Below, piece by piece: positions 28,401-39,827 of a DNA stretch of 64,000 nt. The DNA comes from a virus. The stretch lies in the IMG/VR virus record IMGVR_UViG_3300025418_001265, positions 1-64,000 of that record. The stretch is one strand, 5' to 3'. Positions within the stretch are counted from its first letter, which is position 1, and the number at the start of each line of letters is the position of its first letter. The notes under the pieces are model-generated. The model saw nothing but the letters and a program-made list of their open reading frames with translations. It searched no databases and had not been told where the DNA came from. The position numbers and the translations under genes are program-made.

Positions 28401-31400
28401 TGTTAACTAGTAAAGCTTTAAGTAGAATTACTGAAAGTCTAGAGTAGTCAACAGTTAGTATTCCGTTAACTTCAGTTACTAGTTCTGGAAATAATTCTTT
28501 TACTTCTTCAGCTATTAAACCAAAATCTTTTTTACCGTTGTAAGGGGTGTTTTCATTCCAGGTAAAACTTACTGGTCTTAGCTGTTTTAATTTGTCCACT
28601 ACATTAACGTTTAAGTTTTGTATGTCATTCTTTAATAAACGAGATGACCTTGTATTGTAACTGTTAGCAGTAACTGCACCAGATGTTTCTAGCACCACAC
28701 CACCACCGCCGCCTACTGAGAAAGTAGATTCAAAATCCCCACCGCCGGAGCTTTGTAGACCACCACTACCTAATGTTACACGGTCAAACGTTACATCGTT
28801 ATATGTATTTAAATCTTGATTATAAGAGGAACCACCACCACTAGGACCTTGCGGGCCTGTTGGGCCAGTATTACCTTGAGCACCGGTAGGCCCTCTTTGA
28901 CCTTGTGCACCAGTAGGACCGATGTTACCTTGAGCACCGGTAGGACCGATGTTACCTTGTGCACCAGTAGGACCTGCAGGTCCTTGTGGACCAGTACCAC
29001 CTGTAGGCCAGGTTGTACGAGTTACACCGCCTAAAGTCATACTACCAGCACTCATATTACCGGTTATAGCTACATCATTATGAAATTCTGCATAACCAGT
29101 AGCGCTATCGATGTATGCTTTTTGATTACCACCGCTATCTAAAGCCTCAAAAGCACCGCCTCGAGCTACTACAGCATAGAATGTCGGGCTTGACGCACTA
29201 TCTATATTTTGTGGTAAACTTAAAGTGACATTACCAGTAGAAGCGGAAGCTATAACTTGTTCTGCAGTACCAGTAATACTAGTTACTCCACCACCGCCAC
29301 CTCCACCTGCTTGCCAAGTAACAGTACCGGAACCATTTGTGGTTAACACATAACCACTATAACCGTCTGAGTTTGGTAGAGTGTAGGAACCGATTTTCGC
29401 GGTTCCGCCTACAACTAAGTTATTATCTACTTTTAAATTGCCTGCATTTGCACCACCACCGTTATTGTAAACGTTAACTAGACCATCATAGTTTATCCAC
29501 ATTCTAACGTAGTTAGCATTAGTACCGTTAGAACCTGTACCAAATCGTATAGCTCCGTCATTTGGTGTTTGAGATTCTCCTCCAACCATTGAACCGGCGT
29601 TAAGACTTAATACACCTGCAATATGAGAACCTGATTGTACCGGTAATTGATTACCGACAAAGTCGATTTGTGCACCGTGGTCTACACCATTAGCTCCACC
29701 ACCGGTAATTGTAAACACACCGGTGTCGTCGGTATACCTCATACCTTGATTTGATGTAATAACAATGCCATCTACAGACTCAACGCCTTTTATCTTAAGA
29801 GAATCTGTAGTGGTATTCCACTGCATATACTTGTTAGATGTTGTACTACCAAAAGTAAACGTGTCAGTACCGTTATAAGAGAAACCAGAACTTAAGCTAA
29901 ATTTACCTTGATAATCTGCATAGAGTTTAGCGTTAGGATCGAGGTACGTACTACTACTACCTATGTACATTTTCTTATTAGTACCGTCTAATACTATAGG
30001 AGAACTACTACCAACGGTAAAGTTACCAGCAATATAACCACTTGCACCGGCTAAATAAGGTCCGAATATAGCATTACCTTGTATAAAGGACATACCCGCC
30101 CCGCTATAGCCACCGCTAGCTAATAAATTAACGTACCCGCTAACAGTACTCATACCGGCAGTAAGATCACTTGTTGTAGTTGTATTACTACCAGCTACTG
30201 CGTTAATTACACCATTTACTGTTAATGTTTGAGTTGAAGGGTTAAATGAAAGCTTGTTACCTAAGGAGAAGAACCCTCCAGTAGACCCACTATAACCGGT
30301 AAAGAAAGGAGTATCACTACTATTCCAGTTACCACTACCTATATAGATCTTTTTAGCATTACCATCAAGTACTATACTTGGAGATGAACCTACCTTAAAG
30401 GTACTTGCAAAGTAGCCATCTACACCAGTAATAACAGGGCTAAATATACTAGAACCGTTAATAAAGGTCGAAGGTGTGCCTGGATAGGTACCTGCAGCGA
30501 TTGAATTAGCTAATGCAGTTGCATCAGTATAAATTTGAGCAGAAGTAGAACGTACAAATGTTTGTGTAGCTGCATTACCACCGGTAACTGTAATATTACC
30601 GTTAATATAAAGGTTGCTACCATCCCATTGTAGGTAGTTACCTGTAGTACTCAACGAGTAGCTACTAGTCAATCCTGTTGCACCTAACAATAGATTAAAT
30701 GTAGGTGTAGATGTACCAGCTTTTTTATACCACTTAAATGAATCGCCTAGATATAATATAGCTGTGCTTACGTTAGATGTATCAACTGCACCAGGAGATG
30801 CATTTAAATAAAATGGAGTCGAAGCTGTACCTGCTGTGCCTGGGTTACCAGTGTATATATGAGCTGAATCAATACCAACCTGACCAATAGAACCGTAACT
30901 TGCAGTAATACCGCCAGATACGTTGAAATAGTTTGTACCGTTATGACGGTAGTATTTTAAAGAACTACCTAATGAAAAATACGAACGATCTGTCATACCG
31001 TCATCGTATGTCCCGTTAATATACAACGGAGTAGTGTCTTGACCTGCCGTAGAAGGATTACCTGTATAGATTTGTCCTTGTGCTACACCAACACCGCCAA
31101 TTGAACCATATAAAGCGGTGATACCACCAGATACGTTAAAATAATTTGTACCACTATAACGGTAATACTTTAAAGAATCTCCTAAAGAGAAGTATGAACG
31201 ATCTGTATGACCATCATCAGCTGTACCATTAATATAAACAGGTGTAGTAGATTGACCGGCAGTAGAAGGATTGCCTGTGTATAATTGGCCCTGTGCTATA
31301 CCTACTCCACCAATAGAACCAGCATTTGCAAATATAGTACCAGATAATTGTAATTGACCAGTATCTCCTCTATATAATAAACCATTGTTTGGATAGTTAC

Positions 31401-32268
31401 CAACAAAGAGGTAAGCGTTACCATCAGTGTAGTTACCTAACCATACTCCGTGAGAGCCAGATGTGCCTGGCCAATCTGCATTAGCTGTACGAATAAAACC
31501 AGCAGAAAGATCACCTACTGTACCTAACACAATACCTTGTGTAACTGATACGTCCTGTGCTAATAATAAATCAGTTGCTACACTAGCAAAAGTAGAACCA
31601 AACGAAGCCCAGTCATTTAAATCTGTACCGGGTACACCCCAACCTGTATAACCAGAATATGTAGAACTACTTAAAGTACTACTTCTTGCAATATAATACG
31701 CTAAACCACTTGTACCGGAATAACTTGCAACGTCAACACGATTAGGTGTGTCATAGTAAACATATGTAGGTCCTCTATAATAACCGGTATACACTAAACC
31801 TGGACCGGGGTTACCATTGTTAGCACCTGCAGGGCCTGAAAAACCAGAGGACCCGCTTACACCGCTAAAACCTGAACTACCAGACCAGCCAGACGCACCA
31901 GAATCTCCGCTAAAACCAGAATAACCAGGACTACCAGACCAACCAGAAGCGCCTGAATCTCCGCTAAAACCAGAATAACCTTGACTACCAGGTATACCTT
32001 GCACACCAACTGCACCCTGTGCACCTATACCACCCTGAGCTCCTTGGGAACCAGCGCCCATAGGCCCTGTTGCCCCAGAATAACCCGAAAAACCGGACTG
32101 ACCACCAATACCTGCACCAATGCCCTGGGTCTGTAACCAGGCTACTAATTGAGCGGTAGACATTTTATATGTCTTTGGATCGTTCTCAGTTTTCGCAACC
32201 GGTATAGTAATATCCTGAGTAATAATACTATTCGGTGCGAGTGGTAAATCTGTAATCTTAATAGACAT
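28390..32268 (-). CDS. Tail fibre/spike with collagen-like segments and peptidase S74 intramolecular chaperone
   Basis: [10 protein letters not shown]-terminus; G-X-Y runs; SSRLLKNDI...LRPVSFTW...GLIAEEV...VDYSRL. Confidence 0.85.
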   Translation of the reverse strand: MSIKITDLPLAPNSIITQDITIPVAKTENDPKTYKMSTAQLVAWLQTQGIGAGIGGQSGFSGYSGATGPMGAGSQGAQGGIGAQGAVGVQGIPGSQGYSGFSGDSGASGWSGSPGYSGFSGDSGASGWSGSSGFSGVSGSSGFSGPAGANNGNPGPGLVYTGYYRGPTYVYYDTPNRVDVASYSGTSGLAYYIARSSTLSSSTYSGYTGWGVPGTDLNDWASFGSTFASVATDLLLAQDVSVTQGIVLGTVGDLSAGFIRTANADWPGTSGSHGVWLGNYTDGNAYLFVGNYPNNGLLYRGDTGQLQLSGTIFANAGSIGGVGIAQGQLYTGNPSTAGQSTTPVYINGTADDGHTDRSYFSLGDSLKYYRYSGTNYFNVSGGITALYGSIGGVGVAQGQIYTGNPSTAGQDTTPLYINGTYDDGMTDRSYFSLGSSLKYYRHNGTNYFNVSGGITASYGSIGQVGIDSAHIYTGNPGTAGTASTPFYLNASPGAVDTSNVSTAILYLGDSFKWYKKAGTSTPTFNLLLGATGLTSSYSLSTTGNYLQWDGSNLYINGNITVTGGNAATQTFVRSTSAQIYTDATALANSIAAGTYPGTPSTFINGSSIFSPVITGVDGYFASTFKVGSSPSIVLDGNAKKIYIGSGNWNSSDTPFFTGYSGSTGGFFSLGNKLSFNPSTQTLTVNGVINAVAGSNTTTTSDLTAGMSTVSGYVNLLASGGYSGAGMSFIQGNAIFGPYLAGASGYIAGNFTVGSSSPIVLDGTNKKMYIGSSSTYLDPNAKLYADYQGKFSLSSGFSYNGTDTFTFGSTTSNKYMQWNTTTDSLKIKGVESVDGIVITSNQGMRYTDDTGVFTITGGGANGVDHGAQIDFVGNQLPVQSGSHIAGVLSLNAGSMVGGESQTPNDGAIRFGTGSNGTNANYVRMWINYDGLVNVYNNGGGANAGNLKVDNNLVVGGTAKIGSYTLPNSDGYSGYVLTTNGSGTVTWQAGGGGGGGVTSITGTAEQVIASASTGNVTLSLPQNIDSASSPTFYAVVARGGAFEALDSGGNQKAYIDSATGYAEFHNDVAITGNMSAGSMTLGGVTRTTWPTGGTGPQGPAGPTGAQGNIGPTGAQGNIGPTGAQGQRGPTGAQGNTGPTGPQGPSGGGSSYNQDLNTYNDVTFDRVTLGSGGLQSSGGGDFESTFSVGGGGGVVLETSGAVTANSYNTRSSRLLKNDIQNLNVNVVDKLKQLRPVSFTWNENTPYNGKKDFGLIAEEVKELFPELVTEVNGILTVDYSRLSVILLKALLVNNGI
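30700..31320 (-). repeat. Internal 213-nt (71-aa) tandem repeat, two close copies plus one diverged
   Basis: [59 protein letters not shown]. Confidence 0.9.
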
Positions 32269-32279
32269 CTGTATTATAT

Positions 32280-32771
32280 TTATCCATTATAGTTAACTAA
32301 CAAATAGTTAGGGTTGTTAGTTTCCAATAAAAACACTTGATTGTTGTTGGTTCCCCAAGCACGAGACTTTAATAAATGTACTTCTCCAAATGCATAAGGC
32401 TGAGAGTAATCTAGAGGGGATTGAGTTAAATTAGTAGCCACTGTTTGTGCAGATAACGTGTAAGTTGTAGGTGTGCTATATAAATCCGGGCCTATGTATA
32501 CTGTTATGGTTATGATTTGTGAATTAACACTATAAGGTAATGTATAAACAAAGTCTACTCTACTATCTTCTGTCCAGTCATCATAATCATAGTAGTTAAA
32601 AGTGTAGATCTTAGTTTGTGTACTATCCGGAAAGTTGTATACAATCTTGCTTAAGAAACGAGGCGTACTCCCACCAGTTAAACTAATAAAGCTTGGTTTA
32701 AACGTAATAGTGGAAGGTGCATTAATTTGAAATGCTGAAAAAGTATTGGTAAATGTATAGTTAACGTTCAT
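32280..32771 (-). CDS. Hypothetical virion protein
   Basis: T/N/Y-rich 163-aa ORF in the structural operon. Confidence 0.6.
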   Translation of the reverse strand: MNVNYTFTNTFSAFQINAPSTITFKPSFISLTGGSTPRFLSKIVYNFPDSTQTKIYTFNYYDYDDWTEDSRVDFVYTLPYSVNSQIITITVYIGPDLYSTPTTYTLSAQTVATNLTQSPLDYSQPYAFGEVHLLKSRAWGTNNNQVFLLETNNPNYLLVNYNG

Positions 32772-32772
32772 A

Positions 32773-34350
32773 TTATACAGCAGTTATAGTATTATCATCG
32801 CCTGTTACGATTGGATCGGATTGTTCGTCGGTTAATATTCTACCTAATACTGAAGCATTGGTTAAGTAGGTTATAATATTAAACTTTTGTTTATTAAACC
32901 CTACAAAGTTAATTACATAGCTTGTAATATCTTTATTGTATGTAATAACTGGTGGTTCCATATATGTAATGTACTCTTTATTAGGATCAATAGCCGATGC
33001 ACCCTGAGCATATAAGAACTGATTGTAGTCTGTAGTGTTGGTTGGAAAGATTCTCTTTCTCTTAGCTGGACTGTTAATATCGTACTGATACAATACCGGT
33101 ACAATTAGTCCCTGATTACTATAACCAGACAACACCCCTGTACTATTTGTTACATTAGCCGATAACAATAAACAGCTTGTAAATGTTTTGTTAGTCTCAT
33201 CGTACCAATTGCCACCGTAATATGGTTTAGCGAAATCTGCTACTGTAATACCTGTCAATGATAACGATGAAAGTAAACGAGTTGAAACATTTTGGTGATA
33301 ATCTAACTCAGTAAAGTCTACTTCAAAGTTATTAATATTAACAGTACTATAATCAAAAGTAATCTTTTCGAATAAAGTATAACCGTTCAGTTCTATTACT
33401 AAAGTATCAAAAAATACTTCAAAGTTTTTAATGCTGTTAGAAATTAACTGATTGTATATACTTGGCTCATTTATATGCTTATTAAAAATAGCAGATAATG
33501 CAGAAGTTGCAGGTGTTACAGTACCATCTACTGTTTTTACCCATAACTCTCCAGCCGTATTGTTCATATTATATACTGTACGACCACTACCAGGTACTGC
33601 CTTGTATAAAGCATATTGATTACCATACACATCGCTATGCCAGGAATAAAGCTCTTTACCATTAGAAATAAGCAAACTCTTTACCCTAGAATCAATATCA
33701 AAATACTTTAACCAATCTTCTTCTGTAAATTTATTTGTAGTTAACCAAATGTTTTTCTTGTCACCTGTCCAAAATTCGTAATCATTACCTACTGTTATAA
33801 CTCCGTTGTTATCAGTTTTAGTAGTTTCATAATTAGATTGATACGGGATAAATTTCTGATACGTACTGGTATCGATTACCTGTCCATCATAAGCTGTACC
33901 CGTGCTAGTGGCTTTTAACCAATTTAAATTCTGTAAATGAGTAATGACATCATCTTGATCATTCTTAGTTAAACCACGTCCTTTATTGAATATAGTAGGA
34001 TCTATGTACTTGTATATTGCACCAGGTGCAATTGCATTTATGTTTATATATGGTGTTAAGTTTTTAGCTAGATAAACTGAAGCACCTACATTGTTAGGTG
34101 TAAAATAGCCTAATTCTGCTTTTGTTAATATGTTATCACCGCTTTGCGGTATTGTTGCAACAGTTGGATAGTAACGATTAGCTAAATTACCCCAGGGTGC
34201 CAATGGAGATACTTCTGCCCCTACATAACCTGTATTTGTACCAGATAATACATATTCTTTATTACCAAGATACTTTTCAGTTAAAGTTACAAGCTGAGCG
34301 TTTATTTGTTCAGCAGTAGTATTAGCATCGACTTGATTTGCTGATAACAT
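32773..34350 (-). CDS. Putative baseplate/virion structural protein
   Basis: 525 aa, structural-operon context; C-terminal ILTDEQSDPIVTGDD peptide. Confidence 0.55.
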   Translation of the reverse strand: MLSANQVDANTTAEQINAQLVTLTEKYLGNKEYVLSGTNTGYVGAEVSPLAPWGNLANRYYPTVATIPQSGDNILTKAELGYFTPNNVGASVYLAKNLTPYININAIAPGAIYKYIDPTIFNKGRGLTKNDQDDVITHLQNLNWLKATSTGTAYDGQVIDTSTYQKFIPYQSNYETTKTDNNGVITVGNDYEFWTGDKKNIWLTTNKFTEEDWLKYFDIDSRVKSLLISNGKELYSWHSDVYGNQYALYKAVPGSGRTVYNMNNTAGELWVKTVDGTVTPATSALSAIFNKHINEPSIYNQLISNSIKNFEVFFDTLVIELNGYTLFEKITFDYSTVNINNFEVDFTELDYHQNVSTRLLSSLSLTGITVADFAKPYYGGNWYDETNKTFTSCLLLSANVTNSTGVLSGYSNQGLIVPVLYQYDINSPAKRKRIFPTNTTDYNQFLYAQGASAIDPNKEYITYMEPPVITYNKDITSYVINFVGFNKQKFNIITYLTNASVLGRILTDEQSDPIVTGDDNTITAV

Positions 34351-37232
34351 TATAATATAGATGATAAGGATTGCTTCAATGTATATACTTCTGTTCTAAG
34401 TTCTTTTACAGCCTCAATAAGCACCGCTGTTAAGCGAGTATAATCAATACCTACGCATTCTTCTCCAACGCTTGTTGCACTAGTTGATACTACATAAGGT
34501 AATATAGGTAATACATCTTCTGCAATAAGACCGATTTGATTAGTAGCACTAGTATCTATTGTACTATCATATGCTACACCTGATAAAGAGTAAACCGTAT
34601 TTAAAGAATTACCAATTAAACTGTTTAATGGTCGTATATTAGTTTTATATTTTCTAGATGATGTTGTATTGTACGATACAGCTGTAACATTACCTGTACC
34701 GTCTACATAGAAGTTATTACCACCAGCATATACTGTGTGGCCGCCTATGCCTAGATAAACATCATTATAGAAACCTGCAACAGCATTAGCTATAAGCCCG
34801 CCATTTAATGTAAATGCACCACCACCAATAGTACCTGACGAACCATTTATATAACCACTACCATCAATACCGTATCCAGTAGATGCAATTGCAAAACCTC
34901 CAGGATTAGCGTTTACCCCTGCAAAGTTTACATATGAATTAGTGTTTAAGGTTTGATTAGCACCGGGGCCAGCAGATCCTTGAGCGCCTTGAGCACCTTG
35001 GCTACCAGTACCACCAGAACCACCTGAAGAACCTTGAGCGCCTTGTGCACCGGTACCAGTAGCACCTTGTGCGCCTTGTGCACCGGTTGAACCTTTTGCA
35101 CCTTGTGCTCCCTGAGCGCCAGATCCAGTAGCTCCTTGAGCGCCTTGTGGACCGGTACCACCAGTACCGCCTGTTGCACCTTGAGCACCTTGCGGTCCAA
35201 TACTACCGGTTGAACCTTTTGTACCTTGCGCACCTGTTGCACCTTGTGCGCCTTGCACTCCCGTAGAACCAGTTGCACCAGAGTAACCGGAATAACCTTG
35301 CGCTCCTGTGTTACCTGTTGAACCTTGAGCGCCGGTTGCACCTTGTGCACCGTTTATACCGGAATAACCGGATGGGCCTTGCGCTCCTGTGTTACCTGTT
35401 GAACCTTGAGCTCCAGTAGCTCCTTGCGCGCCTGTAGCTCCTTGTGCACCATTTACACCAGAATAACCGGAATAACCTTGTGAGCCTGCAGCACCCTGCG
35501 AACCCTGTGAACCTGTTGAACCTTGCGCTCCGGTAGCTCCTTGCGCGCCTGTCGAACCTTGACTACCGACCACTCCAGAGTAACCGGAATAACCTTGAGC
35601 GCCTTGTGCACCGGTAGAACCAGTTGCGCCTGTTGCTCCTTGAGAACCAGTAGCGCCTTGAGTACCGGCAGTACCTTGTGCGCCTTGAGGGCCTGTAAAA
35701 CCGCTTATACCAGAAAAACCAGAATAACCAGAAGTGCCTTGATTACCAGTAAACCCTTGGTTACCTATAGAACCTTGTGCTCCTTGAGCACCTTGAGTAC
35801 CAACAGTACCTGAGTAACCAGAATAGCCTTGAGAACCTGTAGCCCCTTGTGCGCCAGATGCACCTTGATAACCTATTACACCCTGAGCACCTAAACCACC
35901 CTGTGCACCGGTATTGCCTTGTGCACCAGTAGCGCCTTGAGCACCTTGAGCTCCTTGCGGGCCCGTGCCTTGCGGGCCGGTAGAGCCTTGAGCTCCTTGA
36001 GAACCTGTAGCTCCAGAATAACCAGAGTAACCTTGCGCGCCTTGTGGGCTGCCAGCTGCACCTTGCGGTCCTTGACCGCCTAAAATACCTTGTGCGCCTT
36101 GGGCGCCTTGAAAGCCTGAAAAACCAGATACGCCGCTGAAGCCGGTATAACCGCTTATACCGGTAGAGCCTTGAGCTCCCTGATTGCCTTGAAAACCATT
36201 AGAACCTTGTGCACCTTGTACGCCTGCAGAACCTGTAGAACCTTGTGCTCCTTGAGCACCCGTGGCCCCCTGAGCGCCTATGCTACCAATACTACCTTGT
36301 GCACCTACTGATCCACTAAAACCAGAATAACCAGAAATACCAGAAGTACCTTGAGTACCAATAGCTCCCTGTGCACCTTGGGGTCCAGATGGACTACCTG
36401 CAGGTCCTTGGGGTCCTGGAGAACCACTATAACCACTATAACCAGAAATACCACTAAAACCACTAAAGCTACTATAGCCGCTATAACCAGAGATACCAGA
36501 TTGACCGGATAAACCTATACCACTAAAACCTGATACACCACTAAAGCCCGATGCACCAGACAAGCCAGAATAACCTGAAGTACTAATACCACTATAACCG
36601 GATATACCACTAAAACCTGAACTACCGGTATCTCCTTTAATTTTACCTACATTAGTAAACCCATATAAACTACCAGGTGCAGATGAATTTGAATAAACCC
36701 ATAAATCACCTGTATCCTCTGCAACAATACCGTCTCCTAAAGTAGGTGTTGGATCGATACCTGAGAAACCAGAAACTGAAGCTGTAGCAACAGAACCGAT
36801 AATAGTTACTGATGTACCGTTTTTACCGGAAATACCAGACCAACCAGAAATACCGGACCAGCCTGAAGTACCTTGAGCGCCTTGCGCGCCATTTGAACCA
36901 CTAAAACCAGAAAAACCTTGAGCGCCTTGAGCACCTGTTGCGCCTTGTGCTCCAGTACCACCCTGAGCACCTTGTGCACCGTTAATACCATTGGTTCCGT
37001 TAGTACCATTAACCCCAGAGTAACCTGAATAACCTAAACCTTGAGGTCCTTGTGGTCCAGTAGCGCCACTATAGCCAGAATAGCCTGAATAACCAGAATA
37101 ACCTGACGTACCACCAGGAGCACCTTGTGAACCTGTAATACCTGGAAAACCAGAAAAACCACTAAAACCGGAATAACCTGAAGCAGCTGCTGCAGGTATC
37201 ATTTGAATTTGATTGACAGTAGTTAGTGCCAT
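34350..37232 (-). CDS. Collagen-like fibre (GAQ/GYS triplets) with S74 chaperone
   Basis: Very long G-X-Y runs; SSRKYKTNI...GLIAEDV...IDYTRL.AVLIEAVKEL. Confidence 0.88.
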   Translation of the reverse strand: MALTTVNQIQMIPAAAASGYSGFSGFSGFPGITGSQGAPGGTSGYSGYSGYSGYSGATGPQGPQGLGYSGYSGVNGTNGTNGINGAQGAQGGTGAQGATGAQGAQGFSGFSGSNGAQGAQGTSGWSGISGWSGISGKNGTSVTIIGSVATASVSGFSGIDPTPTLGDGIVAEDTGDLWVYSNSSAPGSLYGFTNVGKIKGDTGSSGFSGISGYSGISTSGYSGLSGASGFSGVSGFSGIGLSGQSGISGYSGYSSFSGFSGISGYSGYSGSPGPQGPAGSPSGPQGAQGAIGTQGTSGISGYSGFSGSVGAQGSIGSIGAQGATGAQGAQGSTGSAGVQGAQGSNGFQGNQGAQGSTGISGYTGFSGVSGFSGFQGAQGAQGILGGQGPQGAAGSPQGAQGYSGYSGATGSQGAQGSTGPQGTGPQGAQGAQGATGAQGNTGAQGGLGAQGVIGYQGASGAQGATGSQGYSGYSGTVGTQGAQGAQGSIGNQGFTGNQGTSGYSGFSGISGFTGPQGAQGTAGTQGATGSQGATGATGSTGAQGAQGYSGYSGVVGSQGSTGAQGATGAQGSTGSQGSQGAAGSQGYSGYSGVNGAQGATGAQGATGAQGSTGNTGAQGPSGYSGINGAQGATGAQGSTGNTGAQGYSGYSGATGSTGVQGAQGATGAQGTKGSTGSIGPQGAQGATGGTGGTGPQGAQGATGSGAQGAQGAKGSTGAQGAQGATGTGAQGAQGSSGGSGGTGSQGAQGAQGSAGPGANQTLNTNSYVNFAGVNANPGGFAIASTGYGIDGSGYINGSSGTIGGGAFTLNGGLIANAVAGFYNDVYLGIGGHTVYAGGNNFYVDGTGNVTAVSYNTTSSRKYKTNIRPLNSLIGNSLNTVYSLSGVAYDSTIDTSATNQIGLIAEDVLPILPYVVSTSATSVGEECVGIDYTRLTAVLIEAVKELRTEVYTLKQSLSSIL

Positions 37233-37233
37233 A

Positions 37234-38262
37234 TTATGAAGTTGGAGCTACAATGACTATTTCTGCACCAGCAGGCGGTATACCTGAAAATTGTATTTGA
37301 CTGTTTTGTACGCTAATTATATAAGCAGCTCCAGGTGTTTGTAACAAACCATCTATTGAAACTCTATACAAAGAGGCATCAGTTTTGGTAATACCAGTTA
37401 AGGTAAATGTGGAACTAGCTCCATCTCCGGTATATACATATACATTGCTCATTGCTGTGTTATTACTTATAGTTGTGCCTACGAAACCAGAAACTCCGTA
37501 GCAAGGATTTAAGGTGTTTGCAGATTGCAAAGCACTTAATATTAAACCTAACAAATACTCAGAAGGCACTGCATATAATGATGTTTCATAATCACTTGCA
37601 CTAAAGCCTTCCGAAAACGTTGTGTATTGGTTAATATCTACGCTAGGGTCCCGATCAAAGTAATTAGCTGTATCGTACAGTTCTTCAATTTCTACACTAA
37701 AAGTATCCGTTATATCACTTAGTTTAGGAAGATACTGTAATAGATTACCGTTTGTAACAATTAAACCGGTATTGCCGGAATCAGTTCTTTGGGTAAAAAC
37801 ACTGAGGATATAAGAGTAAAATAAACTCTCTAAATAACCATTAGTACCTAATAAGTTATATTTTAACTTGGAATAAACTATGTTGCTCCTACGTTCAGCT
37901 AGGTAACGTGATACGTCTTTTAGTTTACGGGCATAGTATGTAACAGCTGCCTGTAAGTCTAAGTCATCGCTATAATTGATAGCACTAAAAAATTGTTGTT
38001 CTTCAGGGTTACGAGTTGATAATCCAAGCTGTTTTAAGAAGTCTACATATAAACTCTTAACATACAAAAACATAGCGCCTGGAGTATTGGCCCTATTTTT
38101 ATACCATTCTTTTAAGTACTTGTTATACTGCTCAATTTGAGCTTTATTATCTATATTAGTATTATTAGCTTTCCATTCCTGAAAACTGTACGGATTTCCT
38201 GTATCTGTTTCAGTAGTAAGAGTGGTGGGTTTAGCTAAAGACTGTATGTTGATAACAGGCAT
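37234..38262 (-). CDS. Putative baseplate/virion protein
   Basis: TAAGTA upstream; C-terminal GDG..TFTL...VSIDGLLQTP..AY...IQF...PPAG fibre-type domain. Confidence 0.55.
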   Translation of the reverse strand: MPVINIQSLAKPTTLTTETDTGNPYSFQEWKANNTNIDNKAQIEQYNKYLKEWYKNRANTPGAMFLYVKSLYVDFLKQLGLSTRNPEEQQFFSAINYSDDLDLQAAVTYYARKLKDVSRYLAERRSNIVYSKLKYNLLGTNGYLESLFYSYILSVFTQRTDSGNTGLIVTNGNLLQYLPKLSDITDTFSVEIEELYDTANYFDRDPSVDINQYTTFSEGFSASDYETSLYAVPSEYLLGLILSALQSANTLNPCYGVSGFVGTTISNNTAMSNVYVYTGDGASSTFTLTGITKTDASLYRVSIDGLLQTPGAAYIISVQNSQIQFSGIPPAGAEIVIVAPTS

Positions 38263-38290
38263 TAGTAATACTTACAGGCAGAGTATGATT

Positions 38291-38524
38291 TTACCATTTT
38301 CCTGCAGGGCATTTTGATGCTTCTAGTCTTACTTTTAGGTTCATCATACAACCGCATTTATTGCATATGCCGTGATCTGTAAGCTCTGGACAACCAGCAC
38401 ATATACCTATACGGCTTAATTGCTTGTTATCTTCAGCTAAAACAGCGCCTTGCTGTCTATACACTCTTACAGCATTGATAATAGTTTCGGTAAGATTAAA
38501 TGCGCTTGTTTTAAGTGTAGCCAC
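38291..38524 (-). CDS. Small Cys-rich protein (DUF6171-like)
   Basis: RIGICAGCP...CNKCGCMM..KVRL...CPAGKW. Confidence 0.7.
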   Translation of the reverse strand: MATLKTSAFNLTETIINAVRVYRQQGAVLAEDNKQLSRIGICAGCPELTDHGICNKCGCMMNLKVRLEASKCPAGKW

Positions 38525-38537
38525 ACTTTAACTTACT

Positions 38538-39611
38538 TTACAGTCCTAATTTTGCATTAAGAGCAGCAACCTGAGCCTGTAATGTCTTTACAGCTTCAAC
38601 AAGTACCACTACAACACGGCTGTAATCGATACTTCTTGGATTACCGTCTGCAATTTGTACAACTGAAGGTAATACTGGGTAAACGTCTTCAGCTAAGAAA
38701 CCAATTTCATTAGTTAAACTTGGATATGTAATGCTATCGTAGGTTACACCTGATAATTGTGAAATTACCAATGAAGCATTAATTGAATTGTTTAATGGCT
38801 GAATGTTGGTCTTAACTGCACGTGTTGAAGTCGAGTTAAACGATGTTGCGTCGAATTCACCGGCAGATGTTAAAAATGCTAATGTTGTACCAGGGACGTT
38901 AGCCTGGAAGAATGTAACAACAGCATTATTTGCTGTAGCACCACCTGTACCGCCCCAAACTACTAATGTATTAACTGCAGCTGAAAGAGCCTGTGTATTA
39001 GCAGTACCGTTCGGTCCTACCTGATGGCTTATTGCAGAAATGTTACCACCGTTAGTAATATTAACGTTACCAGCAACCTGTAAAGGAGCGTTAGAAGTAC
39101 CGCCAGTATTAATACCGATATAACCGGTTGTTGGGTTCTGGAAAATATTAGCAGCACTTAATGAACTTGCACCTATAAATACTGCTAAAGCTCCGGAAGT
39201 GCCTGTACCAGCAAATGCACCAGAGAAGCCTGAATAACCAGAAGCACCTTGCGCGCCTGTAGAACCAGTAGCACCTTGAGCGCCTGCTGTACCTGTTGCA
39301 CCTTGATTACCTTGAAAACCTTGAGCACCTTGTGCACCAGTTGCACCTGTAGCACCCTGAGCGCCGTTAGTACCGTTTGTACCTGAAAAACCTGAAGTAC
39401 CAGTTGCGCCTTGAGCGCCAGCTGCACCCTGCGCGCCTTGAGCACCATTTGAACCAGTAGATCCTTTAACACCAGAGTAACCAGAAATACCTTGAGCTCC
39501 TTGTGTTCCGGTAGCGCCTTGTGCGCCAGTTAAACCTGTAGCGCCTTGAGCTCCCTGAGCGCCGTAGCCTGAATATCCTGAATATGCGTTTGCTGGATTA
39601 AAATATGCCAT
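38538..39611 (-). CDS. Short collagen-like fibre with S74 chaperone
   Basis: GAQ repeats; STRAVKTNI...GFLAEDV...IDYSRV. Confidence 0.85.
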   Translation of the reverse strand: MAYFNPANAYSGYSGYGAQGAQGATGLTGAQGATGTQGAQGISGYSGVKGSTGSNGAQGAQGAAGAQGATGTSGFSGTNGTNGAQGATGATGAQGAQGFQGNQGATGTAGAQGATGSTGAQGASGYSGFSGAFAGTGTSGALAVFIGASSLSAANIFQNPTTGYIGINTGGTSNAPLQVAGNVNITNGGNISAISHQVGPNGTANTQALSAAVNTLVVWGGTGGATANNAVVTFFQANVPGTTLAFLTSAGEFDATSFNSTSTRAVKTNIQPLNNSINASLVISQLSGVTYDSITYPSLTNEIGFLAEDVYPVLPSVVQIADGNPRSIDYSRVVVVLVEAVKTLQAQVAALNAKLGL

Positions 39612-39694
39612 AGTAGTATTGGTTGTTAATTATTTAGTAAAAAATACTACAGTTTATATGGGTTTTGAGTTAAAAATAAACGGATATGTCAAAA

Positions 39695-39827
39695 CTAAAA
39701 AACAGAAGCAAATCCACCTTCAAAACCGTGAGAATGTTGTTGCGCTCCAAACTTTCTAATATAACGTAAACCAAATTCAGCTTTTTCTGTTAACTCATAT
39801 GCAAATCCAACTTTATAAGTTTTTCAT
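39695..39827 (-). pseudogene. Remnant of an outer-membrane beta-barrel (porin-like) gene
   Basis: TYKVGFAYELTEKAEFGLRYIRKFGAQQHSHGFEGGFASVF* has amphipathic strands and a terminal Phe; out of frame with the ATG at 39827. Confidence 0.45.
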
